Positions 38,651 to 47,130 are shown, numbered from the stretch's first letter. The stretch: 64,000 nt of DNA from Candidatus Jorgensenbacteria bacterium GW2011_GWB1_50_10 (GCA_001004105.1 LCQK01000001.1:102928-166927); one strand, 5' to 3'. Notes: generated by a model from the letters alone, not told the origin. Translations and numbers: made by a program.

Positions 38651-39067
38651 ATGCAGCAGCTTTCAATAACAGAGGTTGAGTATGTTGCTCATCGTTTGGC
38701 AAAAGCATGGTTAAGCTGGGATGAGCCGATTCCCGATTTCGACACAAGATTCCCAAACATTTTAGAAAGCTGTATTGCCACCCCATTCCAATCGTTTGGC
38801 AAAAAAGCGGCCTACTCCGGCCTTATCGGCAAGGGGGCGATTTTGTTTTACTTGATGATTAAAAATCATCCTTTCCGTAACGGGAATAAAAGGATCGCCG
38901 TGACTACTCTTCTGGTTTTTCTGTATAAAAACAAAAAATGGCTCCGTGTTGATGAACGCGAATTTTACAATTTTGCCAAGTGGGTCGCGGAGAGCAGCCC
39001 CAAGTTTAGGATTGAAACTATTGCCGCCATTTCAAAATTCATAAAGACGTATATGATAAAAATATGA
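38651..39067 (+). CDS. doc: Doc/Fic-family toxin
   Basis: Fic/Doc motif HPFRNGNKRIAVTT (HxFx(D/N)GNKR). Confidence 0.75.
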   Translation: MQQLSITEVEYVAHRLAKAWLSWDEPIPDFDTRFPNILESCIATPFQSFGKKAAYSGLIGKGAILFYLMIKNHPFRNGNKRIAVTTLLVFLYKNKKWLRVDEREFYNFAKWVAESSPKFRIETIAAISKFIKTYMIKI

Positions 39068-39161
39068 AAATAAAATATTTGTTTGTCCAAAAAGGCCGGA
39101 AGTTGATAGTAAAGGATTGGAGAAGGTAGGCTAAGGTTATTAAGGTAAATCCTTGACTTTT

Positions 39162-39191
39162 TTGATACGATTTGCTAAATTAGCATAAAAT
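39162..39191 (+). promoter_or_regulatory. promoter TTGATA-N17-TAAAAT with palindrome TGCTAAATTAGCA in the spacer
   Basis: palindrome 39173-39185 directly upstream of abiEi. Confidence 0.5.
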
Positions 39192-39200
39192 ACTAACTTT

Positions 39201-39788
39201 ATGAAATGGATAGATTTTGAGCGAAAAATAAAAGCAAAGAACATCAAGCTTTTTACCCCCCTCGACGTGCAAAAATTTTTAGGGAGAACGAAAATAGCCA
39301 CGCGTTTTTTAATCCACCGTTTGAAAAAGAACGGGTATATTGTGAGCGTAAAACGCGGCTTGTATCAATTGTCCGATGAACAAATCCCCGATGTATATGT
39401 CGCTAACAGGATTTACGCCCCCTCATATGTATCTTTGGAATTCGCGCTGTCATACTACGGCGTTATTCCCGAGACGGTGTATGAAATTACCTCGGTGACG
39501 ACAAAAACCACCCGTCGGTTCGAAACGCTTGGCAAGATTTTTTCTTATCACAAGATAAAAAAGACGGCCTACACCGGCTACGCCATTCACAGTCAGAACG
39601 GGATGCGTTTCTATATCGCCGATGCCGAAAAAGCGTTCGTTGATGCAAGCTACTTGCGCCTGATGCGGAAACAAAAGCCGATTTCCCGTTTTCGCAAAGA
39701 AAAAATCAATCGCGCCAAGTCGTTAAAATACGCTTCGCTCTTCAATAATGAAAAACTTACCAGCATCATTAAAACAACGCTCCAATGA
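39201..39788 (+). CDS. abiEi: AbiEi-family antitoxin/transcriptional regulator
   Basis: 195 aa N-terminal wHTH-like; ATGA overlap with the downstream DUF1814 nucleotidyltransferase. Confidence 0.6.
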   Translation: MKWIDFERKIKAKNIKLFTPLDVQKFLGRTKIATRFLIHRLKKNGYIVSVKRGLYQLSDEQIPDVYVANRIYAPSYVSLEFALSYYGVIPETVYEITSVTTKTTRRFETLGKIFSYHKIKKTAYTGYAIHSQNGMRFYIADAEKAFVDASYLRLMRKQKPISRFRKEKINRAKSLKYASLFNNEKLTSIIKTTLQ

Positions 39789-40546
39789 TTTCGGTGGAAT
39801 CGCTTGAAAAATTGAGCAGGCGGTATCAAGCAGGAATATTTCCCAATATAATCAGGGAATATTTTCAGCATGTTTTTCTGGGAGAGTTGTATAAGATGGA
39901 AGGCGCGGAGAAAATGCTCTTTAAAGGAGGCACCGCCTTGCGGATTGTGTATGGCAGTCCGCGTTTTTCCGAGGACTTGGATTTTTCCTTGTTCGGTGTC
40001 GCGCAGAACGAGCTGAAATCTTTCATTGAAGGGGTTTTTGCGCGGGTTCTGGCGGAGATAGAGCACGTCGGCATAAAAGTCGAACTTGGAGAAAAAATCG
40101 GCCCTACGCGCGGGGGATATTTCGGCGTCGCGACATTCCGCATGCTTGAATATCCGCCAGTTGCCGTGGAGATAAACGTGTCGGCGCGCAACGGCAGGGA
40201 CATGCGGGGAGAAATAGACAGCGTCGCGGGCGATTTTGTGCCGACTTACACCGTCGTTCACTTGCCGCAGAACGAGCTTGTGGAAGAAAAAATTTTCAGC
40301 GCGCTCCGCGAGCGCAAGAAACCGCGCGATTTCTACGATCTTTATTTCATCATGCGCAAAGCGATGCTCTCGCCTGATCAGAAAAAACGGCTGGCCGGAA
40401 TAAAGGAAGAAATAACCGCAGCCGCGGGACGCGTTGATTTTCGCGGCGAGTTGGGCGCCCTCCTGCCGGTGGACCAGCAGCCGGTTATCCGCGATTTCCC
40501 GGCCATGCTTGAACGCGAGCTTAATAGGCAGTTAAGTGGAATATGA
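39785..40546 (+). CDS. abiEii: AbiEii/AbiGii-family nucleotidyltransferase toxin
   Basis: KGGTALRIVYGSPRFSEDLDF motif typical of DUF1814/AbiEii. Confidence 0.75.
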   Translation: MISVESLEKLSRRYQAGIFPNIIREYFQHVFLGELYKMEGAEKMLFKGGTALRIVYGSPRFSEDLDFSLFGVAQNELKSFIEGVFARVLAEIEHVGIKVELGEKIGPTRGGYFGVATFRMLEYPPVAVEINVSARNGRDMRGEIDSVAGDFVPTYTVVHLPQNELVEEKIFSALRERKKPRDFYDLYFIMRKAMLSPDQKKRLAGIKEEITAAAGRVDFRGELGALLPVDQQPVIRDFPAMLERELNRQLSGI

Positions 40547-40636
40547 AAACAAGAGATCTGCCGAAAGGCCGGAAGTTGATAGTAAAGGATTGGAGGAATT
40601 AGAAAACCGCCGAAAAGGCGGTTTTCTAATTGTAAA

Positions 40637-40665
40637 TTGAGCATTTTGAAAATTTGAGGCAGAAT
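40637..40665 (+). promoter_or_regulatory. island promoter module TTGAGC-17-CAGAAT (leaderless to ATG 40672)
   Basis: spacer ATTTTGAAAATTTGAGG identical to 37436-37452. Confidence 0.5.
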
Positions 40666-40671
40666 GAGGGT

Positions 40672-41373
40672 ATGAGTAATAATCCATTGCAAAAATTTAA
40701 TGATCTTCTGGAGAAGGTGGATTTAGTTGGTTATCGCAAGAGGTATCAACCAATCAAGATAGTAGAAATGGACTTACCCAAAGAAATTCAAGCAGTAAGC
40801 CTTCTCTACGAAATTTACTGGGATAAAAAGATGTTCGTCAATTTTGATGAATTTTACCGAATATATTTAAAGCTTTACAAGCATAAATTAGAAGAATTCA
40901 GGAAAAACAAAGCCTTTATGTGCAAAAACTGTTTTTATAGAGGCTTAGAGGCAAGGATTTATAGAACATGGGCGAGTATTATTACACAGATTCACGCAGC
41001 TTATGTTGCTGAATCAGTTTTTGTTAGTGGCACCGTTAGGATGTCAGAAGCCCTAGATCGAGCCGGCGCTGATTTCCAAGTCCAATATAAGAAAAAAACA
41101 TTAAATTATCAGGTTAAAAAAATCTCTTTTAGTAGAGAGGTTAGGAAAGAAAAACCTAAATCTAAGCAACCACTGGAAGGCGAATTTTTCGATATAACTT
41201 ACGACGTTCCTAGTGATAGCTATTTTAGAAATCCGAAGAGGAAAAACGGAAAATACAGATTGCCTTATTTAAGATTTAAAGAAAATAAAAATCTAAAACG
41301 ACTACCTAACGGCTTTGTTGTATTCACGCCGCTGATTTTTGAGGAAAAAAAGAAGGAGATAGATGCAATTTAG
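40672..41373 (+). CDS. hypothetical protein, candidate restriction endonuclease partner of the LexA-MTase fusion
   Basis: 233 aa; convergent with the methylase, 4 bp overlap at the 3' ends; no confident nuclease motif; call rests on context only. Confidence 0.3.
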   Translation: MSNNPLQKFNDLLEKVDLVGYRKRYQPIKIVEMDLPKEIQAVSLLYEIYWDKKMFVNFDEFYRIYLKLYKHKLEEFRKNKAFMCKNCFYRGLEARIYRTWASIITQIHAAYVAESVFVSGTVRMSEALDRAGADFQVQYKKKTLNYQVKKISFSREVRKEKPKSKQPLEGEFFDITYDVPSDSYFRNPKRKNGKYRLPYLRFKENKNLKRLPNGFVVFTPLIFEEKKKEIDAI

Positions 41374-42896
41374 ATTAAATTTGGTGTTGTTTTAACTTTA
41401 TTAAGCCATTTTTCAGCCAAATTTACATAATCTGGGTTTATTTCGAAGCCAATGTAATTTTGGTCTAATTCTTTTACTGCCACACATTCTGAACCGCTGC
41501 CAACAAACGGTATTAATATAACTCCTTCTTTTTCGGGAGCAGATGATTTAATAAGTTTTCTTGTTAATTCAAGAGGTTTTTGGGTGGGGTGTTTTATTAC
41601 ATTGTGTTTTGAATGCTCTTGTAGTTTTTGCGGTTCAAAAACATCGTTACAGGTTTTACATAAAAACCATCTTTCAACCATTCCTGCGCCGCCGGCTAGT
41701 GCCGCCGTTTTTATGACGTCTCTCGGTAAAGCGCCATTCTTGTGGAATTTATAAATCGTTTCTTTGCCGTTTTTACTGAATCTTCCAGGCGTACCTTTTC
41801 TTATTTTTCCCGCGGCGCCATTTAAAAATCCCTCTGTATATGGTTCTCTCACCTCGTCTTTGTTGAAAATTGGCTTGTTTTTCCAAGCGCAAACTATGGC
41901 TTCATGGCTCCTTTGCCAAAAATTTAAAGAAGCCACGTTTTTGTTAGTGTAATGCCAAATTAGCCAACGCTTATTTATAGGTATTTCTACAGATAAATAA
42001 GCTAAAATTTCACTAAAACCGTAGATAAAAAGCGTTGCAGTTGGTTTCATAACTCTTACACTTTCATTTATCCAACTTTTGCACCAATTAACATATTCAT
42101 TTAATTCTCTCTTATCGGTATTATTGCCAAAATCTTTCCCGATGTTATAGGGTGGATCAACAATAATCACATCACAGCTGTTATCCGGTAACTTTCTTAA
42201 CTCTTCCACTGCATCCCCGCAGATAATTTGATTAAGAGGTAAACGCTTATATTTTCTATCTACAGTTGGGCGTTGTAGAGATATTTCCTGGAAACCCTTT
42301 TCCGGGCTCTTGATTACATCTAAGACAACCCCTTGTATTGCGAATTCCCTATTCTTTCTAACAATTATCGGTTCAAAGTTTTTATTTGCCGGTTGGAGGC
42401 GGATTTGATTTCTTTCCTTGTAAAAAGTTTTTAAAGTTGTCTCGTAGTTGTCTATTAGCGCCACGATTTTCTGACCATTCTCTGCAAACCCCTGTTGTTT
42501 GACTAATATAATATCTCCGTCGAGGATGTTTTCTTCAATCATGCTCTCACCAGCAACACGCAGGGCATAAACTTCTCCGTTTTTCGGGATTTTGGTCTGG
42601 GGGACAGCGATTGTTTCTTTTGTGCCTTCGTATGTCTCCACTGGCCGGCCGGCAGCGATAGTTCCAAGTAGCGGAATTTGGACCATTGGTTCTATTTCGC
42701 GTACGGAGAGAGAACGTGCCCGTCCCGGGAGTTTTTCTAGACGGCCGGCGCCGCGAAGGTTTTGAAGGTGTTCGTGAATGGTAGAAACTGACCTCCTAAA
42801 ATGGCGCGCCATCTCTTCTATAGAGGGTGGCACATCGTGTTTGGAGGAGTATTCCCTCATAAAGCGGATAATCTGTTCTTGACGTAGGGTTGGCAT
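41370..42896 (-). CDS. fusion protein: LexA-type repressor (wHTH + Ala-Gly site + S24 Ser/Lys autopeptidase) joined to a beta-class N6A/N4C DNA methyltransferase
   Basis: N-terminus QIIRFMREY...EEMARHFRRSVSTIHEHLQNLRGAG; cleavage site GTIAAGRP; VAGESMIEENILDGDIILV and TTLKTFYKE; then CDVIIVDPPYNIG (motif IV) and LIPFVGSGSECVAV (motif I) at the C-terminus. Confidence 0.8.
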   Translation of the reverse strand: MPTLRQEQIIRFMREYSSKHDVPPSIEEMARHFRRSVSTIHEHLQNLRGAGRLEKLPGRARSLSVREIEPMVQIPLLGTIAAGRPVETYEGTKETIAVPQTKIPKNGEVYALRVAGESMIEENILDGDIILVKQQGFAENGQKIVALIDNYETTLKTFYKERNQIRLQPANKNFEPIIVRKNREFAIQGVVLDVIKSPEKGFQEISLQRPTVDRKYKRLPLNQIICGDAVEELRKLPDNSCDVIIVDPPYNIGKDFGNNTDKRELNEYVNWCKSWINESVRVMKPTATLFIYGFSEILAYLSVEIPINKRWLIWHYTNKNVASLNFWQRSHEAIVCAWKNKPIFNKDEVREPYTEGFLNGAAGKIRKGTPGRFSKNGKETIYKFHKNGALPRDVIKTAALAGGAGMVERWFLCKTCNDVFEPQKLQEHSKHNVIKHPTQKPLELTRKLIKSSAPEKEGVILIPFVGSGSECVAVKELDQNYIGFEINPDYVNLAEKWLNKVKTTPNLI

Positions 42897-42918
42897 ATTG
42901 ATTTTCGGGTTTTTTTCG

Positions 42919-42935
42919 GTTATAATTATTATAAC
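42919..42935. promoter_or_regulatory. perfect palindrome GTTATAAT-n-ATTATAAC (candidate LexA-like operator) over the -10 region of the fusion gene
   Basis: 8 bp arms, 23-39 nt upstream of start codon 42896 on the minus strand; contains two TATAAT hexamers. Confidence 0.6.
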
Positions 42936-42999
42936 AATCCACTAAGCCCAAAATCACGGGGCACTGTGGATAAAAAGGTCGTAAAATTAAAGGAAAAAC

Positions 43000-43290
43000 A
43001 TGACTAAAAGAGGAAAAATCGGACAGGCTAGGCATGACGCAAAAGTTCAGCAACGTTTGGATCTTTATAAGGATAAAGGTTTTAGGGTTAAAGCTGATTT
43101 GCCGGGTCGAGCTAAACCTCAAAAAATTGGTGGTAGGATCCCCGATATTATAGCTAAAAAGGGTAAAAAGTTGGTTGTTGAAGAAGTCGAAACTCGCTCA
43201 ACCAAAGATACTGATAAAACACAGCAAGAAGCCCTTAGAAAAGGCACGAAGGAACGCGGTGGTACTTTCAAGGTAATTGTGGCTAAATAG
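43000..43290 (+). CDS. hypothetical basic protein (possible degenerate PD-(D/E)xK fold)
   Basis: RIPDIIAKKGKKLVVEEVETR resembles the PD...ExK block of the next gene; weak. Confidence 0.4.
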   Translation: MTKRGKIGQARHDAKVQQRLDLYKDKGFRVKADLPGRAKPQKIGGRIPDIIAKKGKKLVVEEVETRSTKDTDKTQQEALRKGTKERGGTFKVIVAK

Positions 43291-43299
43291 TTATAAGAT

Positions 43300-43518
43300 A
43301 TGAATATTAAAACATGTATCGCCTGTGGCGGTATCATCATTTCGTTGTCAATATCTACTTGCGAAAAGTGTTTGCTGGCATTACCTCCTGACTTGCCGAG
43401 TGTTGATCATTCCACAACAACGTCAACCTCGACACGTACAATTTTCGTTTCCGGAGCTACTGGCTCAACCGCAGTTTCTATTTCAGCTACAACCACTCAA
43501 CCACCCAATCTCGGTTAA
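43300..43518 (+). CDS. small hypothetical protein (CxxC...CxxC N-terminus, Ser/Thr-rich tail)
   Basis: ORF only; AT-rich. Confidence 0.3.
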   Translation: MNIKTCIACGGIIISLSISTCEKCLLALPPDLPSVDHSTTTSTSTRTIFVSGATGSTAVSISATTTQPPNLG

Positions 43519-43558
43519 TAACTAACCCGCCGCGGTCCGGAGGAGTATAAATATAAAA

Positions 43559-44056
43559 ATGAACCCCGAATCAATGTTAAAAGGCCGGATGGCCGAAACG
43601 TTATTTGAAGAACTGATACGGCAGTCGGGGAATATTGTTTATCGTTTCGGATATGAAGCGATTGTTCAAAATTTGACGCAACTTGAAGAAAAATTTGACA
43701 GATATAGCGAGGTAGGTGAAAGAATCCGGGCTATTCCGGATTTTATTGTTATAGATAAAGCCGGCAAGCCGGAGTTTGTTGAGGTAAAATTCCGATGGAA
43801 GCCAGAACTTCACGAAGACGATTACAAAAAATTGGAAAAGATAGAAAAGTTATGGAGCCCAAAAATAGTTTTTGTAAACTGCTGGGAGCAGCCGTATTTC
43901 AGAATTTCAGAGCCACCTTATGTTAAAAACAAGAAACTAGTCACAAAAACCCTTTTAGATGAAAAGAATTGGAAAATTGATAAGGAACTTTATGATGAGT
44001 ACGAAAGTTTAGTTCATCGTTATTTAACGCCAACGCTTGTACCGCCAAAAAATTAG
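43559..44056 (+). CDS. PD-(D/E)xK nuclease-fold protein
   Basis: IPDFIVIDKAGKPEFVEVKF (PD-x9-ExK); 165 aa. Confidence 0.55.
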   Translation: MNPESMLKGRMAETLFEELIRQSGNIVYRFGYEAIVQNLTQLEEKFDRYSEVGERIRAIPDFIVIDKAGKPEFVEVKFRWKPELHEDDYKKLEKIEKLWSPKIVFVNCWEQPYFRISEPPYVKNKKLVTKTLLDEKNWKIDKELYDEYESLVHRYLTPTLVPPKN

Positions 44057-44143
44057 GAGAGTAGAGATTAGCTGATAGGTTGTAGATGATAGGTGATAGT
44101 TAACAATTAACGGCTGATGACAAATTAGGAGAATAGATTTATA
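44041..44143. repeat. boundary repeat copy A (83 nt identical to 45390-45472) carrying a 53 bp insert flanked by 18-19 bp direct repeats
   Basis: ccgccaaaaaattaggagagtag core; ATTAGGAGAGTAGAGATTA (44052-44070) and ATTAGGAGAATAGATTTA (44124-44141) flank gctgatagg...gctgatgacaa. Confidence 0.65.
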
Positions 44144-44231
44144 GAATTGACAAGAGAAGTATTATAATTTAAAACTTTGACAGAACACCCAGGCTGAATA
44201 GCCATCACGTTTTCACTCGGAGGAAGCAGAC

Positions 44232-44906
44232 ATGACCACGCTGGAGATTAAAGGCAGTATCCCGGCTATTGTGACGAACAAGGACGGTCTTTACGACGGC
44301 GACCTCGTCGGCTACTTCCGGGCCGTCTTCAACCACGCCGAGAACCTCTGCAATCCGTACCACAACTTCCGGCACATGTGCCACGTGCTCTGGTTGTGCT
44401 ACGAGGCCAGCGTCTTCTACGTGGAGATGTCCTCGCGGGACATGCGCAACCTGCTCATCGCGGCTCTCTTCCACGACTTCGACCACACCGGCCGGAGCGA
44501 CCCTGATGCCGCAAACATCAAGAGGGCCATCGATGGTTTGCGGCGGCACTTGCTTCCCGAGGACAAGAGGGAGCTCGGCAAAATCGAAGCCATCATCCGG
44601 GCGACCGAGTTCCCCTACCGTGTCTCCTTGGAACGGCTGGACCTCCAGAGCCAGATCATCCGCGACGCAGACATGAGTCAGGCACTAACCGTGGCCTGGA
44701 TTCAGCAGGTCGTCTTCGGTCTTGCGACCGAGTGGAAGAGAACACCGCTCGAGGTTCTCCGGGCTCAGGATCCCTTCCACCGCAACCTCAAGCTCCACAC
44801 GGCATGGGCCAGGCAGATGTTCCCGCAGGCGGCGATCGAATCCAAGATCGCTGAGGCGAACGAGCTGGTCGAGCTCTTGAGCGGAGAGCCGGTGGCAGCA
44901 GCCTGA
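44232..44906 (+). CDS. HD-domain phosphohydrolase
   Basis: H...HD motif (YHNFRHMCHV, LFHDFDHTG); ~64 % GC. Confidence 0.7.
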   Translation: MTTLEIKGSIPAIVTNKDGLYDGDLVGYFRAVFNHAENLCNPYHNFRHMCHVLWLCYEASVFYVEMSSRDMRNLLIAALFHDFDHTGRSDPDAANIKRAIDGLRRHLLPEDKRELGKIEAIIRATEFPYRVSLERLDLQSQIIRDADMSQALTVAWIQQVVFGLATEWKRTPLEVLRAQDPFHRNLKLHTAWARQMFPQAAIESKIAEANELVELLSGEPVAAA

Positions 44907-44929
44907 AACCGCAGGCTTCACAGCACAGC

Positions 44930-44963
44930 GGAGGGCGACCCACAAGTCGCCCTCTTTCTTTTT
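44930..44963 (+). terminator. rho-independent terminator
   Basis: GAGGGCGAC-ccacaa-GTCGCCCTC + TTTCTTTTT; near-identical design at 47131. Confidence 0.7.
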
Positions 44964-44964
44964 A

Positions 44965-44993
44965 TAAAATCCCTTACGATTTTGAGGTAGAAT
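44965..44993 (+). promoter_or_regulatory. island promoter module (..GATTTTGAGG TAGAAT), leaderless to ATG 45000
   Basis: TAGAAT at 44988-44993; start codon 6 nt downstream. Confidence 0.45.
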
Positions 44994-44999
44994 AGATTT

Positions 45000-45368
45000 A
45001 TGGACTCCAAAAGGTTCAAGGAATTGGTGGCTAAGGGAATCAGCGAAATCCCGGCGCGGTTTTTGGAAAAATTGAAAAACGTGGCAATTTTGGTCGCGGA
45101 GGAGCCCTCCGCCGAACAACTCGAGAACTTAGGCATAAAAAGGGAAAGTGGCGACACTCTTCTCGGACTTTACGAGGGCGTCTCCAACCTCGAAGGCGGC
45201 CACACTCACCGCGGTTTCCCGGACCGGATCACCATTTTCCGCAAACCGGTCCTTGCCGAGGCCGCCGGGGAGGACGACGTGCCCCGCGTCGTTGCCGAAA
45301 CGGTTCGGCACGAGATCGCCCATCATTTCGGGATGGATGAGGAAGACATTGAACGCGCCCGAAAATAG
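45000..45368 (+). CDS. zincin-like metallopeptidase family protein
   Basis: HEIAHHFG (HExxH) near the C-terminus; 122 aa. Confidence 0.6.
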   Translation: MDSKRFKELVAKGISEIPARFLEKLKNVAILVAEEPSAEQLENLGIKRESGDTLLGLYEGVSNLEGGHTHRGFPDRITIFRKPVLAEAAGEDDVPRVVAETVRHEIAHHFGMDEEDIERARK

Positions 45369-45389
45369 TAGAATAAACCCATAACTAAA

Positions 45390-45472
45390 ACCGCCAAAAA
45401 ATTAGGAGAGTAGAGATTAGCTGATAGGTTGTAGATGATAGGTGATAGTTAACAATTAACGGCTGATGACAA
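45390..45472. repeat. boundary repeat copy B
   Basis: 83/83 identity with 44041-44123. Confidence 0.7.
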
Positions 45473-45500
45473 GTTGGAGTAAATAATATAGTATACAAAT

Positions 45501-45683
45501 ATGGTGAGAATTGCACAGGAAAAGAGCGATACGAGACTTCGGGCGGAAATGGCTCAAGTAGCAGCTGAGGTTCTTAAGGACCCCGATTTCGGAAGGAAAT
45601 TAAGCCCGGAGGCCAAAAAACGCCTTTTGTCTGTATCCGAAAAAGATTTATCAAAAGCCGTTTCTTTATCTGAAATTAAGTAA
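45501..45683 (+). CDS. probable antitoxin (small helical protein) of the RelE/ParE pair
   Basis: 60 aa; 14 nt upstream of the toxin gene. Confidence 0.45.
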   Translation: MVRIAQEKSDTRLRAEMAQVAAEVLKDPDFGRKLSPEAKKRLLSVSEKDLSKAVSLSEIK

Positions 45684-45697
45684 ACCCCAGCCGTTTT

Positions 45698-45958
45698 ATG
45701 GATTGGGTTGTTAAGCTAACGGAAGACGCGCAGAAAGACCTCAACACCTTGGATGGTAAGGTGCGGGGGCGGATTTTGGAAAAGCTGAAATGGATTAGTG
45801 AAAACTTTGATGATATTACACCTCTACCTCTTACGGGGGAGTTTACGGGTTTTTATAAATTACGGGTAGGCGATTGGCGGGTATTTTACAAAGTTGATTG
45901 GGCGGCACATATTATTTTCGCTGTGTATATCGGGCATCGAGATTCTGCTTATAGATAG
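45698..45958 (+). CDS. RelE/ParE-family type II toxin
   Basis: KLRVGDWRVFYKVDW...IIFAVYIGHR, typical RelE/ParE C-terminal half. Confidence 0.7.
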   Translation: MDWVVKLTEDAQKDLNTLDGKVRGRILEKLKWISENFDDITPLPLTGEFTGFYKLRVGDWRVFYKVDWAAHIIFAVYIGHRDSAYR

Positions 45959-45976
45959 TGTATAAATTTGCTAGTT

Positions 45977-46012
45977 CCGCCAAAAAATTAGGAGAGTAGC
46001 AGAATAGATTTT
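45977..46012. repeat. boundary repeat copy C (short form lacking the 53 bp insert)
   Basis: ccgccaaaaaattaggagagtag + cagaatagattt. Confidence 0.55.
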
Positions 46013-46022
46013 TAAAAATGGA

Positions 46023-46060
46023 ACGAGCCCGTGAGGTAACTCCTCGCAGGCTCGTTTTGC
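46023..46060. terminator. bidirectional terminator
   Basis: GAGCCCGTGAGG-taac-TCCTCGCAGGCTC with T runs on both sides. Confidence 0.5.
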
Positions 46061-46088
46061 TTCTCTGCTCTTCGAGCGGTCGTGTTCT

Positions 46089-46607
46089 TCAGTTGGGTCC
46101 GCCGAAACCGGTTGGCACGGCGTGGGCGTCCCAGAAGTGCTCGTTCGCCACCGTCCCGTGGGACATAATGACTTCAAACTCGCCCCAGATGGGATAGCCG
46201 CCGTCGCGCCAGCAGGGACTGGTCGTCGGCGACGGGCCGACCCAGACGATGCGGTAGTGCCACGTCTCGCCGGAACCATCGGGAACCTGGCCGTTCCACT
46301 GGTTATCGGTCCAGGCGTCGCAGTTCCAGTTTGCGCCGTGGAAGCGGGCTTCGTCCCAGGCGCGCGACCAGCTCATCTTGAGATGGTCGTTGCCGTAGGT
46401 CGGGTCGCCCCAGACCGTGCCGTCGAGATTCCGGTCGACGCCGTCAGCCGGGCCGACGAAGACGCGGGCACGGTAGTTGTAGCCGAACTCGTCAAAGCCG
46501 TTCGCTCCTGCGTGGCTGAAGTTCGGCGCTGCAGCGGGTTGGGGATCCTCCGGCAGCTCGCAAGCCAAGACAAAGGCAAGAAGCACCGGTACGATGATGC
46601 GTTTCAC
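46089..46607 (-). CDS. lipoprotein, hypothetical (Trp/Gly-rich, high GC)
   Basis: MKRIIVPVLLAFVLAC lipobox. Confidence 0.6.
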   Translation of the reverse strand: MKRIIVPVLLAFVLACELPEDPQPAAAPNFSHAGANGFDEFGYNYRARVFVGPADGVDRNLDGTVWGDPTYGNDHLKMSWSRAWDEARFHGANWNCDAWTDNQWNGQVPDGSGETWHYRIVWVGPSPTTSPCWRDGGYPIWGEFEVIMSHGTVANEHFWDAHAVPTGFGGPN

Positions 46608-46761
46608 TCAACACCTCCTGAAAGAGGACCGGTTAAAGAATAAACAAAAGAGTTTATTTTGGCAATACCCCTGATGACCTCTTGACTCTTAGCGTCCTCT
46701 GCGCTTTTATATTTTTAGTCCTAATCAACTTCACTACACACTACCAGCGTGCGGAGGAGCC

Positions 46762-47109
46762 GTGTTCATCCTTTTTCTCACACTCGAAGGGCTCATTGCC
46801 CACGCGAATGAGCATCCGGAAAGGGAGTGGCTCGAGTGTTCACTCTTCTTCCTGGACTGCGAGCCGGGGAAACTCAAAGAGCACCAGCGGCTTGACGAAG
46901 CAATCCGGTACCTGGAGCGGAGGGGCCGCGTCTCCTGGAGGAGAGAAGTAAATCCCTTCGCCAACCACGACCTCTTGAACCAGCTGCTTAAAAGCAGCTT
47001 GCTCAGGCCCTTCAACGCCGGTCTCGCGGCGCGAGACGACCCGGAGTTCCTCAGAGAAGCGGTTCTCGCCGCAAACAACGGCAACCACCGCGTGGAAGTG
47101 GTGGTGTAG
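46762..47109 (+). CDS. hypothetical protein (high GC)
   Basis: 115 aa ORF followed by a strong terminator. Confidence 0.45.
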   Translation: MFILFLTLEGLIAHANEHPEREWLECSLFFLDCEPGKLKEHQRLDEAIRYLERRGRVSWRREVNPFANHDLLNQLLKSSLLRPFNAGLAARDDPEFLREAVLAANNGNHRVEVVV

Positions 47110-47130
47110 GCAAGTGCTGCAACATTGAGC

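Noticed and set aside
44041-46012. CRISPR array interpretation of the repeated 23-83 bp elements
   Set aside because: There are only three copies with irregular spacing of 1.3 kb and 0.6 kb. The intervening DNA is protein-coding, there are no cas genes, and the repeats are not of CRISPR length or structure.
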